From: Treponema sp.
Lineage (GTDB): Bacteria > Spirochaetota > Spirochaetia > Treponematales > Treponemataceae
Assembly: GCA_017651065.1 (NCBI GenBank)
Contig: JAGCDP010000011.1
Span: forward strand, 14,964 to 78,963
DNA: 64,000 nucleotides
Reading direction: 5' to 3'
Shown: piece by piece, positions 31,042 to 39,317 of the stretch
Numbering within the stretch: the stretch's first letter is position 1
How the letters are laid out: each line of letters begins with the position of its first letter
The notes under the pieces: model-generated
Databases searched by the model: none
Seen by the model: the letters and a program-made list of their open reading frames with translations, nothing else
What the model was told of the DNA's origin: nothing
Translations under genes and position numbers: made by a program

Positions 31042-32506
31042 ATCTTCCGGTATCCCTTATTTGTCCTTCCACATAATCCGGGTCGAGCGTTCTTAAGAGG
31101 GACGCACCCGGCAATTCATACTTAGAATAAACAACGCAAGGATGTCCGTCGCAGACCCAGTTGAGTTTTGTGCCGGTTTCGGGATTAATCAGGAAGAACT
31201 CGCCGGGCTTTGCAGTTACGCTTACAAAATCGGGAGAAACAAATTCAATTTCGCCGTTTGCCTGAATCATATTCAAGGGAGTGCAGGCATACATGTGCCA
31301 GCCTTCTTTCTTTTCAAAGGCTTCTACTTTTCTGTCTGTGTGAATTTCTAAATCTTTAAGTTTGGCTTCGCGTGCGGCCGGGTGCATCTGTTCAAGCTGG
31401 TCAGAAAACTTTTTGTAGTTAGCTTGTCCTGTTTCATAAATCTTTTCAAATTCATTGCCAGTTATTTCTTCGTGCATCTGGGCTGCAAGCTGGTACTTAC
31501 TGTCACTTGCGCCGATTGTTGTTGCGTCTGCTTCGGCTTTGTTGTAGTAAAAGCCTGTTGTACTTTCGCGGTGACTTACATTTTCAAGCTCGTCAATAAA
31601 AGGCTGAGCGTCTGCAGAAGAAATCTTTCCTTCAAGGGCATCGAGTGCCTTTCTGTAAGCCCTGGTTACCATTGCAACATAGTAAACGCTTTTCATGCGG
31701 CCTTCAATTTTAAGGGAATCAACTCCGGCAGCTTTGAAGTCGGCAAGGTGTTCAATCATCCTTAAATCTTTTGAAGATAAAACTGCAGTAAAATCTTCGC
31801 CTTCAAAAATCGGGAATTTTTCACCGGGACGCTGTTCTTCTTCTATTGTTAAAAGTCCGCTTTGTGCAAGAGCCTTTGCCTGTTCCGGAGTTGCAGTTCC
31901 GTCTACTTTAAAATTCCATCTGCAGGTGTGACTGCAAAATCCGCTTTGGGCACTGCGGCCTGTAAGATATGCGCTCATTAAACAACGGCCTGCGTAGGCA
32001 ATACACATGGCACCATGGCAGAAGGCCTCCAGTTCCATATCAGGCACAGTATCTTTTATTCGTTTAATCTGGTCCAAAGAAATTTCACGGCCCAGAACTA
32101 TTCTGGAAAAACCAAGCTGCTTATATAACTTAACTGCTTCTGAATTTACGCAACTTGACTGTGTACTAAGATGAAGCTGAACCCCCGGAAATTCCTTTTG
32201 CAAAAGCGGAACAATTCCAATATCCTGAACAATAAAAGCATCAATAGGGTAGAGCTTAAAGTAATCTAGGTTTTGTTTTAAAGAATCAATTTCGTCGTCG
32301 TGGAAAGAAATGTTCAACGCACAATGAAGGCGGCGGCCCGGGAACTGATTTTTTAATTCCTGCACCTTTTTATATTCATCATCATAAAAATTATCTGCCT
32401 TAATACGAAGCGAAAATTTTTTAAGACCAATATATGCGGCATCGGCACCATAGGCATAGGCGTAATATAATTTTTCTACATTTCCTGCAGGAGAAAGAAG
32501 TTCCAT
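31040..32506 (-). CDS. Peptidase U32 family protein (probable tRNA/rRNA hydroxylation)
   Basis: MELLSPAGN, HLSTQ, HGAMCIAYAGRC..S..GFCSHTCR and SLKIEGRMKS motifs. Confidence 0.9.
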   Translation of the reverse strand: MELLSPAGNVEKLYYAYAYGADAAYIGLKKFSLRIKADNFYDDEYKKVQELKNQFPGRRLHCALNISFHDDEIDSLKQNLDYFKLYPIDAFIVQDIGIVPLLQKEFPGVQLHLSTQSSCVNSEAVKLYKQLGFSRIVLGREISLDQIKRIKDTVPDMELEAFCHGAMCIAYAGRCLMSAYLTGRSAQSGFCSHTCRWNFKVDGTATPEQAKALAQSGLLTIEEEQRPGEKFPIFEGEDFTAVLSSKDLRMIEHLADFKAAGVDSLKIEGRMKSVYYVAMVTRAYRKALDALEGKISSADAQPFIDELENVSHRESTTGFYYNKAEADATTIGASDSKYQLAAQMHEEITGNEFEKIYETGQANYKKFSDQLEQMHPAAREAKLKDLEIHTDRKVEAFEKKEGWHMYACTPLNMIQANGEIEFVSPDFVSVTAKPGEFFLINPETGTKLNWVCDGHPCVVYSKYELPGASLLRTLDPDYVEGQIRDTGR

Positions 32507-32509
32507 GCG

Positions 32510-33514
32510 CTAGGCCTCCGAATGAAGGCTGTGTTCAAGCTTTGGTTTATTTTCGATTTCTACAGATTCAACGCCGGCCGAATCCTGTGTAACAATTTTT
32601 CCAACCTTATCAAGCGCCAGATGAGATTCATGCAGATATTCATCGGCCATCTGGAACATAAACATCATGCCCTTCCAGATATCAAGCTCGCAGGTGTTTC
32701 CGTTTTCTCTAAGACGTGCAATAAATTCCTTTGCATCTTCAAGAAGAATTTCCTTTGAGCCCATTTGAATAAATACAGGAGGAAATCCTTTAAGCTGTTC
32801 ATCATCGGCAAGCAGCGGAGACACAGAAGAGATTTTTGTATTTTCAAAATAAGTGTAATCGGTAACGCTCTTTTTAAAAACATCAAGCGTAAGAACTTCA
32901 TCACTTATTTTTTTAGACGACATAATTTTAGAACCAGGAGACAAATCAAGCCACGGACTAAAAAGTACAACATGACTAATGCAGTTTCTGTAGCGTTCAC
33001 GAAGGTTATATAAAAGTGCGCAGGCAATTGTTGCACCGGAACCATCGGCAGCAATAATAATTTCGGGAAGCTTTGGAGTAGTTCCTTTTTCTGTATTAAG
33101 CGAAGCCTGAATCTGTTCTTCTGTAAAAAGCGAACGGAACACAGCCTGAATATCTTCAATTGCAGCAGGGCAAGGATAAGCAGGAGAAAGACGGAACTCT
33201 GGAATTACAACACGGCAGTAACATTTTGTAGCAAGTGAAGAACAAAAGGCGCGGTAAGTTTTGCGTGAACCACCCGAAAAGCAGCCTCCGTGAATATAAA
33301 TCATAACGCGGTTTGAAGAATACATTTCCGGTGAAAGAATATCGCAGTCAATGTTTCCGTATTTGTATTCAGTGCGTTCAACACCATTTGGCAGAAAAAC
33401 AGTAGAGTAAGCTTCTTCCATCTTTTGTCTGAATGAGTCAAGGTTTGATTTTGAATTGTAAGTAAGAAGCTTTAGTTTTTTAATTGCAGCTTTTCTGTCA
33501 TTCTGAATTTCCAT
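32510..33514 (-). CDS. HSL-family alpha/beta hydrolase fold protein with degenerate catalytic residues
   Basis: YIHGGCF and FRLSPAYPCPAAIED motifs present. The nucleophile elbow reads ADGSGA and the His site reads GMMFMF. Confidence 0.8.
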   Translation of the reverse strand: MEIQNDRKAAIKKLKLLTYNSKSNLDSFRQKMEEAYSTVFLPNGVERTEYKYGNIDCDILSPEMYSSNRVMIYIHGGCFSGGSRKTYRAFCSSLATKCYCRVVIPEFRLSPAYPCPAAIEDIQAVFRSLFTEEQIQASLNTEKGTTPKLPEIIIAADGSGATIACALLYNLRERYRNCISHVVLFSPWLDLSPGSKIMSSKKISDEVLTLDVFKKSVTDYTYFENTKISSVSPLLADDEQLKGFPPVFIQMGSKEILLEDAKEFIARLRENGNTCELDIWKGMMFMFQMADEYLHESHLALDKVGKIVTQDSAGVESVEIENKPKLEHSLHSEA

Positions 33515-33575
33515 ATCAGATAATTATAGCATATAAATGCCTATTTTGCTATAATGAGATTTCAAGAGGTACAAA

Positions 33576-34484
33576 ATGCCAATTAAAATTCAGTCAGGTT
33601 TACCAGCATGTAAAATTCTCGAAAAAGAAAATATCTTTGTCATGACCGAAAAGCGTGCAGACACTCAGGATATCCGTCCGCTTAAAATTGCAATCGTGAA
33701 TCTTATGCCTACAAAAATCGAAACAGAAACTCAGCTTCTGAGACTTCTTGGAAACACTCCTCTTCAAATTGAAATTTCACTTGTGCGCATGGAAAATCAT
33801 GTGAGCAAAAATACAGATGAAGATTATCTTGAAAAATTCTATATTTCTTCGAGTGAGCTTTATTCACAGAAATTCGACGGCATGATTATTACAGGTGCTC
33901 CGGTTGAACAGCTTGCTTTTGAATCTGTTGATTACTGGAAAGACCTTTGCAAAATTATGGACTATGCACGCCAAAATGTTTTCTCTACCCTGTATCTTTG
34001 CTGGGGTGCTTTTGCAGGTCTTTATCATCATTATGGAATTAAAAAATATCTTCTTGACCGCAAGATGTCTGGAATTTTTATGAACGAGCGTTGTACAGAA
34101 GGAGATCCTCTTCTTCGTGGTTTTGATGACACCTTCCCAATTCCTCAGAGCCGCCACACAACTCTTCATAAAGAAGATATTGAAAAATGCCGCGAGCTTG
34201 TTATTCTTGCTGAAAGTGCAGAAGCCGGAGTAACAATCATTAAGTCAAAAGATAACCGCGAAATTTTTATGACAGGTCATCTTGAATATGATACAATGAC
34301 TTTAGCAAACGAATTCTACCGCGATACAGACAAGGGCATGAAGGTTCCGCTTCCAAAGAATTACTTCCCTACAAACAATGTAAACCGCATGCCAACAAGT
34401 TACTGGCGCGCTACTGCTCACTTGTTCTACTCAAACTGGCTAAATTACTACGTATATCAGGCAACTCCGTTTAACTTTGTATAG
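33576..34484 (+). CDS. metA: Homoserine O-acyltransferase (MetA family, probably acetyl-specific)
   Basis: NLMPTK, ITGAPVE (Glu at the specificity position), CWGA, PQSRH and GHLEYD motifs. Confidence 0.94.
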   Translation: MPIKIQSGLPACKILEKENIFVMTEKRADTQDIRPLKIAIVNLMPTKIETETQLLRLLGNTPLQIEISLVRMENHVSKNTDEDYLEKFYISSSELYSQKFDGMIITGAPVEQLAFESVDYWKDLCKIMDYARQNVFSTLYLCWGAFAGLYHHYGIKKYLLDRKMSGIFMNERCTEGDPLLRGFDDTFPIPQSRHTTLHKEDIEKCRELVILAESAEAGVTIIKSKDNREIFMTGHLEYDTMTLANEFYRDTDKGMKVPLPKNYFPTNNVNRMPTSYWRATAHLFYSNWLNYYVYQATPFNFV

Positions 34485-34492
34485 GTGGGGTT

Positions 34493-35608
34493 ATGACGAA
34501 AACAGTCGTACTACAAAAATGCAAAAATTATACTTTTGATGATGTTTTTGCATGCGTAAAAAAAATGCTTGAGCTTTTGCCTCCACCCGATGTTAAAGGC
34601 AAGGTAGTTCTTCTTAAGCCTAATATTCTGTATCCAAAAAAACCGGAGCTCGCTGTTGGAACTCATCCTGTTGTTGTAGGCGCTGCCGTTAAAGCATTTT
34701 TAGAGCGTGGTGCCGAGAAAGTTTTAGTAGGTGAGTCTCCCGCAATTGCAAATTCTTATACTTCTGCAAAGCTTACAGGCATGCTCGACCAGGTTGTTTT
34801 CAACGGCGGTGAATGGGCAGATTTTCATGATTCTATTCCTGTTGCGTGTCCTGATGGAGTTGTTGTAAAGCAGTTTGAATTTGCCCGTCAGTTTGATGAA
34901 GCAGATATTGTAGTTTCAATGAGCAAGCTCAAAACTCATCAGCTTATGTCTTATACCGGTGCAATGAAGAATCTTTTTGGACTTGTAGTAGGATTGGACA
35001 AAGCACAAAAGCATTATCAGTTTCCGAACAAAGAAGATTTTGGAAATTACCTGATTGATTTGAATATTGCCGCAAATGCCGACTACGCAATTATGGACGC
35101 AATAGTTGGAATGGAAGGTCCCGGTGGGCCTGGTTCAGGAGATCCTGTTCAGATTGGTTTCCTTGCCGCCTCCGATAACCTGCTTGCGCTCGACTGGAAA
35201 TGTTCTTCTCTTGTAGGCTACGATCCTCATAAAGTTGTATATCTTGAACAGGCGTTGAAGCGCGGTTACTGGCTTAAATCGGATAAAGAAATTAAAACTA
35301 TCGGCGCTCCTGAAAACGAATGCCGCAGTACAACTTTTAAAATTGTAAAGGATCCGGTGCAGACTTTGGGAGGCATGCTTCCAAAAACACTCGACGTTAT
35401 TGCCGAAAAATATTTTGTTAAAACACCACGCTTTAATTCTAAACGCTGCCGTTCTTGTGGTCGCTGTGAACAGATTTGCCCGGCACACGACATTGATATG
35501 GAAGGCCCGGATGGAACAGCTCGCCTCAAAGATAAAACAAAATGTATTCATTGCTTCTGCTGTCACGAAATCTGTTCGTTTGGTGCAATTAAGCTTCGCC
35601 GTTTCTAA
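34493..35608 (+). CDS. DUF362 domain protein with C-terminal 2x[4Fe-4S] ferredoxin domain
   Basis: VLLKPN, KLKTH..TGAMKNLFG, GMEGPGGPGSG and two CxxCxxCxxxC motifs. Confidence 0.87.
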   Translation: MTKTVVLQKCKNYTFDDVFACVKKMLELLPPPDVKGKVVLLKPNILYPKKPELAVGTHPVVVGAAVKAFLERGAEKVLVGESPAIANSYTSAKLTGMLDQVVFNGGEWADFHDSIPVACPDGVVVKQFEFARQFDEADIVVSMSKLKTHQLMSYTGAMKNLFGLVVGLDKAQKHYQFPNKEDFGNYLIDLNIAANADYAIMDAIVGMEGPGGPGSGDPVQIGFLAASDNLLALDWKCSSLVGYDPHKVVYLEQALKRGYWLKSDKEIKTIGAPENECRSTTFKIVKDPVQTLGGMLPKTLDVIAEKYFVKTPRFNSKRCRSCGRCEQICPAHDIDMEGPDGTARLKDKTKCIHCFCCHEICSFGAIKLRRF

Positions 35609-35666
35609 ACCTATTTACCTACTAGAATAACTTGTTGAAAAATCCCGACAGTGTTATAATTAAGTT

Positions 35667-36074
35667 ATGATAGTTTCAACTCGTGGAAGATATGCGCTCA
35701 GAGTTATGATTGACTTGGCTGAGCAAAGTTCAGATTCATTTGTACCTCTTAAGGATATTGCACAGCGTCAGAATATTTCTCAAAAATATATTGAAGCAAT
35801 TATGGCAATTCTTTCTAAAAACGGTTTTGTTGACGGAGTTCACGGAAAGGGTGGCGGCTACAAGCTCAACCGTAAGCCAAAGGATTATAAGGTTGGCGAG
35901 ATTTTAACTTTGACAGAAGGAACTCTGGCTCCTGTTGCCTGTCTAGAATGTGGAGCTGCTCCATGCGACCGCGAAAAAGAATGCCGCACAATTCCGCTTT
36001 GGCGAGAGCTTGATAAACGGATTTCGGGATATTTAAACAGCGTTTCTATTGCTGACTTGATGAAGAAAAACTAA
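35667..36074 (+). CDS. Rrf2 family transcriptional regulator (IscR/CymR-like)
   Basis: STRGRYALR, IAQRQNIS.KY, GKGGGYKL and three Cys (C..C..C). Confidence 0.92.
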   Translation: MIVSTRGRYALRVMIDLAEQSSDSFVPLKDIAQRQNISQKYIEAIMAILSKNGFVDGVHGKGGGYKLNRKPKDYKVGEILTLTEGTLAPVACLECGAAPCDREKECRTIPLWRELDKRISGYLNSVSIADLMKKN

Positions 36075-36090
36075 AAGGATTTTTACTCTT

Positions 36091-37254
36091 ATGAATTATA
36101 TTGATCAGGACATGCCAAAGGCCGGCGACACAGTTGTTGTCGGAATGTCTGGAGGTGTAGATTCAACCTTAACTGCATATATGCTCAAGGAACGAGGCTG
36201 CAAAGTAATTGGAGTTACAATGTCGCTTTGGGATGATTCGTTTCCTGTAGTTCAGGGCGATGATGCAAAGGCTGTTAAGGATGCCTGTTTTGGTCCGGGC
36301 GAAGCTGATGATATTGAAGAGTGCCGCCGCTTTTGCGCAAAGTATGATATTGAGTATCATGTAATTGACGTTAAGGAACAGTACAAGCGCGAAGTTATAG
36401 AATATTTTAAAAGTGAATACCGTGCAGGCAGAACGCCTAATCCGTGTATCCGCTGTAACAGAATGATTAAGTTTGGTGCACTTTTGCAGGGTGTTGAGGC
36501 TCTTGGAATTAAGTTTGATTATTTTTGCACAGGGCATTATGCAAAAATTGTGCGCCCGGAAGAAGGCCTGTATGGCACAGATTGTCGCCCTTATATGATT
36601 GCCTCTGCAACTGATGTTTCTAAAGATCAGACTTATTTTGTATACCGGGTTCCTTCAAGTGTGCTGGAAAGGGTCCGCTTTCCTCTGGCGCTCATGAAAA
36701 AATCTGAAGTTTTTGAACTTGCAAAAAAAGCAGGTCTTGCCGCAGCTGAACGCGCCGAAAGCCAGGATTTTATAAGCGCTGAATATTTTGATTTACTGTT
36801 TGCAGATAAGCCTTCTGTGCCGGGAGACATTATTGACCTTGATGGTCACGTGCTTGGCCGCCACCGTGGAATTGAACATTACACAATTGGTCAGCGCCGT
36901 GGTCTTGGGGTTGCTGTAAGTTATCCGGTTTATGTTCATTCAATTGACGCAAAAAATAATGTGGTAGTTCTGGCACCGTCCAGCGCACTTGATTCAGCCG
37001 GTCTTATTGCAGATGATTTTGTCTGGGCCGGCGATGTTGTTCCTCCGCCAGAAGCAGAACCAATCGAAGCTATGGTAAAAATCAGACTTGCAAGTAAGCC
37101 CGTTAAAGCAAAAATCCGCCGCAATAATCCTGAAGGAACTGAGTGGGAAGTCATGTTTGAAACTCCCCAGCATGCAGTTGCCCCGGGACAGTCTGTTGTG
37201 CTGTACCAGGACGGCGTGATTATTGGCGGCGGAATTATAAGTAAGAAGATTTAA
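36091..37254 (+). CDS. mnmA: tRNA 2-thiouridylase
   Basis: GMSGGVDS, TPNPCIRCN..IKF, TGHY, KDQTYF, YTIGQRRGLG and APGQ motifs. Confidence 0.95.
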   Translation: MNYIDQDMPKAGDTVVVGMSGGVDSTLTAYMLKERGCKVIGVTMSLWDDSFPVVQGDDAKAVKDACFGPGEADDIEECRRFCAKYDIEYHVIDVKEQYKREVIEYFKSEYRAGRTPNPCIRCNRMIKFGALLQGVEALGIKFDYFCTGHYAKIVRPEEGLYGTDCRPYMIASATDVSKDQTYFVYRVPSSVLERVRFPLALMKKSEVFELAKKAGLAAAERAESQDFISAEYFDLLFADKPSVPGDIIDLDGHVLGRHRGIEHYTIGQRRGLGVAVSYPVYVHSIDAKNNVVVLAPSSALDSAGLIADDFVWAGDVVPPPEAEPIEAMVKIRLASKPVKAKIRRNNPEGTEWEVMFETPQHAVAPGQSVVLYQDGVIIGGGIISKKI

Positions 37255-37682
37255 ATATTCTTCAATTCTTCCTGACTGATTGTATGTATTCCGTTTGCTT
37301 CGAGAATCTCTTCTGTCTTTGGCATGTTTGTACAGCGGATAATCATACAGGCGCTGTTTGTCTTGCGGCCTGTAAAGCCGTACATGTATTCAATGTTGCG
37401 GCCGTTTTCGGCAAGAAGCTTTAAGATTTTGTTTAAGCTTCCGGCTTCGTCAGGGATTTCTATTGCAATTACACCTGTTGTTTTTACAATGTAATCGTTG
37501 TTTTTAAGAATCTCTTCGGCGGCTGAGCAGTCATCTGTGATGATGCGGGCAATTCCAAAGTCGCTTGTGTCTGCAAGGCTGAGCGCGCGCATGTTTACGT
37601 TATTCTTAGCTAATACGTCTGTAAGCTGTGAAAGTGATTCCGGTTTGTTTTCCAAAAAAATTGAAATCTGATTTACTGTCAT
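37251..37682 (-). CDS. Tandem ACT-domain amino-acid-binding protein
   Basis: QISIFLENKP..L, LADTSDFGIAR and NIEYMY motifs. The usual neighbour of anaerobe paaK. Confidence 0.88.
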   Translation of the reverse strand: MTVNQISIFLENKPESLSQLTDVLAKNNVNMRALSLADTSDFGIARIITDDCSAAEEILKNNDYIVKTTGVIAIEIPDEAGSLNKILKLLAENGRNIEYMYGFTGRKTNSACMIIRCTNMPKTEEILEANGIHTISQEELKNI

Positions 37683-37695
37683 AATATTCCTCCTA

Positions 37696-39006
37696 TTAGT
37701 CATGCAACTTGCGTGTGTCGATTACGCGCTTAGCTTTACCTTCTGAACGGGCGATGCTCTTTGGTGCAACCAGTTTAACTTTAGCTTTAATCTGCAGAAC
37801 AGACAAGAGTGCAGACTCAAGGGCCTTTTCCTGTCTGCTGATTTCTGATACAACGTCGCTGAACTTTTCTGGTACCATTTCAACAAGAATCTCGAAGGTA
37901 TCGGTGTTGTTTTCGCGGCCAACATGAATTTCGTAGTTTGGTGGATATCCGTTCTGGAGCAGTACTCCTTCAATCTGGCTTGGGAATACGTTTACACCAC
38001 GGATGATAAGCATGTCGTCTGTACGTCCCATTGGCTTACTCATGCGGACAAATGTACGGCCACAACCACAAGGAGCGCGGTTCAATACGCCGATATCCTT
38101 TGTGCGGAAGCGCATAAGAGGGAAGGCCTTCTTTGTAATTGCAGTGAATACAAGCTCGCCCTTTTCTCCGTCCGGCAGGCGCTTACCTGTTTCAGGGTCA
38201 ATTGTTTCAATGATGAAGTGGTCTTCGTTTACGTGCATACCTTTCTGTTCTGTACATTCATATGCAACACCTGGTCCCATAACTTCTGTAAGACCATAAA
38301 TATCGTATGCTTTAATTCCAAGTGATTTTTCAATATCGCGGCGCATTTCTTCGGTCCATGGTTCTGCTCCGAAAATACCTGCTTTAAGGTGAATGTCTGC
38401 AGGAGTGAGACCCATGTCCTTCAAAGTTTCACCAAGATATGCTGCATAAGAAGGTGTACAGCAAAGCACTGTAGATTTAAGATCCTGCATGAATGTAATC
38501 TGGCGCTGTGTGTTACCGCTTGAAATTGGAATTACTTCACAGCCAAGCTTTGTTGCTCCCCCGTGAAGACCAAAACCTCCGGTGAAAAGTCCGTAGCCGT
38601 ATGCACCCTGAACAATGTCGTTTTCATCTGCGCCGATCGCTACAAGCTGGCGGGCAGTACAGTCGTCCCAGATATCCAGGTCTTCTTTTGTGTAGCCTAC
38701 TACAATCTGCTTTCCTGTTGTTCCACTAGATGCGTGAATACGTACAACCTTGCTCATAGGAACTGCAAAAAGTCCGTATGGGTAAGTCTGGCGCAAGTCA
38801 TCCTTACAGGTGAATGGAATCTTGTCCAAGTCTTCAAGTCCTTTGATGTCGTCAGGTGTTACGCCTGCTTCCTGGCAGCGCTTTCTGTAATATTCAACAT
38901 TTTCATATACATGGCGGAAATTTTCAGCCAGCCGTTTGCCCTGAAGCTTTTTCAATTCGTCCAGCGGCATGCATTCGTATTCTTTTTGATAGTATTTAAG
39001 GTTCAT
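37696..39006 (-). CDS. paaK: Phenylacetate-CoA ligase
   Basis: RIHASSGTTG, GYGLFTGG.GLH, FGAEPW, DIYGLTE and GRTDDMLIIRGVNVFPSQIE motifs. Confidence 0.93.
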   Translation of the reverse strand: MNLKYYQKEYECMPLDELKKLQGKRLAENFRHVYENVEYYRKRCQEAGVTPDDIKGLEDLDKIPFTCKDDLRQTYPYGLFAVPMSKVVRIHASSGTTGKQIVVGYTKEDLDIWDDCTARQLVAIGADENDIVQGAYGYGLFTGGFGLHGGATKLGCEVIPISSGNTQRQITFMQDLKSTVLCCTPSYAAYLGETLKDMGLTPADIHLKAGIFGAEPWTEEMRRDIEKSLGIKAYDIYGLTEVMGPGVAYECTEQKGMHVNEDHFIIETIDPETGKRLPDGEKGELVFTAITKKAFPLMRFRTKDIGVLNRAPCGCGRTFVRMSKPMGRTDDMLIIRGVNVFPSQIEGVLLQNGYPPNYEIHVGRENNTDTFEILVEMVPEKFSDVVSEISRQEKALESALLSVLQIKAKVKLVAPKSIARSEGKAKRVIDTRKLHD

Positions 39007-39024
39007 AAGTTACTCCTGTGTAAT

Positions 39025-39087
39025 CGTCATGCTGAACTTGTTTCAGCATCTATTATGTACAGATCCCGAAACAAGTTCGGGATGACG
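39025..39087. repeat. Inverted pair of family-4 palindromic elements in the paaK leader
   Basis: cgtcatgctgaacttgtttcagcatct (39025-39051) and agatcccgaaacaagttcgggatgacg (39061-39087). Confidence 0.82.
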
Positions 39088-39168
39088 GGATTTTAATTTG
39101 CAATTTGATTTCGTTACCGTGCACGGCAGCTGGTGCGCATTGCACAAAAAAGATAGAGAAGTTCGCCC

Positions 39169-39231
39169 TTAGGCGAAAAAGAATGTAAAGACAAAGTGAC
39201 GGCTTTTTAGTAAGCCTAAAGTTCTTAACAT
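39169..39231 (-). CDS. Phe-rich leader peptide of the paaK-ACT operon (MLRTLGLLKSRHFVFTFFFA)
   Basis: Manual translation gives 5 Phe in the last 8 codons. Promoter TTTACA (39267-39262)-17-TAATAT (39244-39239) ends 7 nt before the ATG. Hairpin ttcgcc-taag-ggcgaa spans the stop and is followed by a pyrimidine/U tract. Confidence 0.75.
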   Translation of the reverse strand: MLRTLGLLKSRHFVFTFFFA

Positions 39232-39317
39232 ATACTGCATATTACTATATAAAGAAACATTTGTAAAGAGATTTTTAAAAAATTTTCAAAAAAAAAATTC
39301 TATGTTATACTTATAAT

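Noticed and set aside
35605-35660. Rrf2 (IscR/CymR-type) operator upstream of the Rrf2-mnmA operon
   Set aside because: Only weak imperfect inverted repeats (ataac...gttat) are visible. Plausible, but not supportable by eye.
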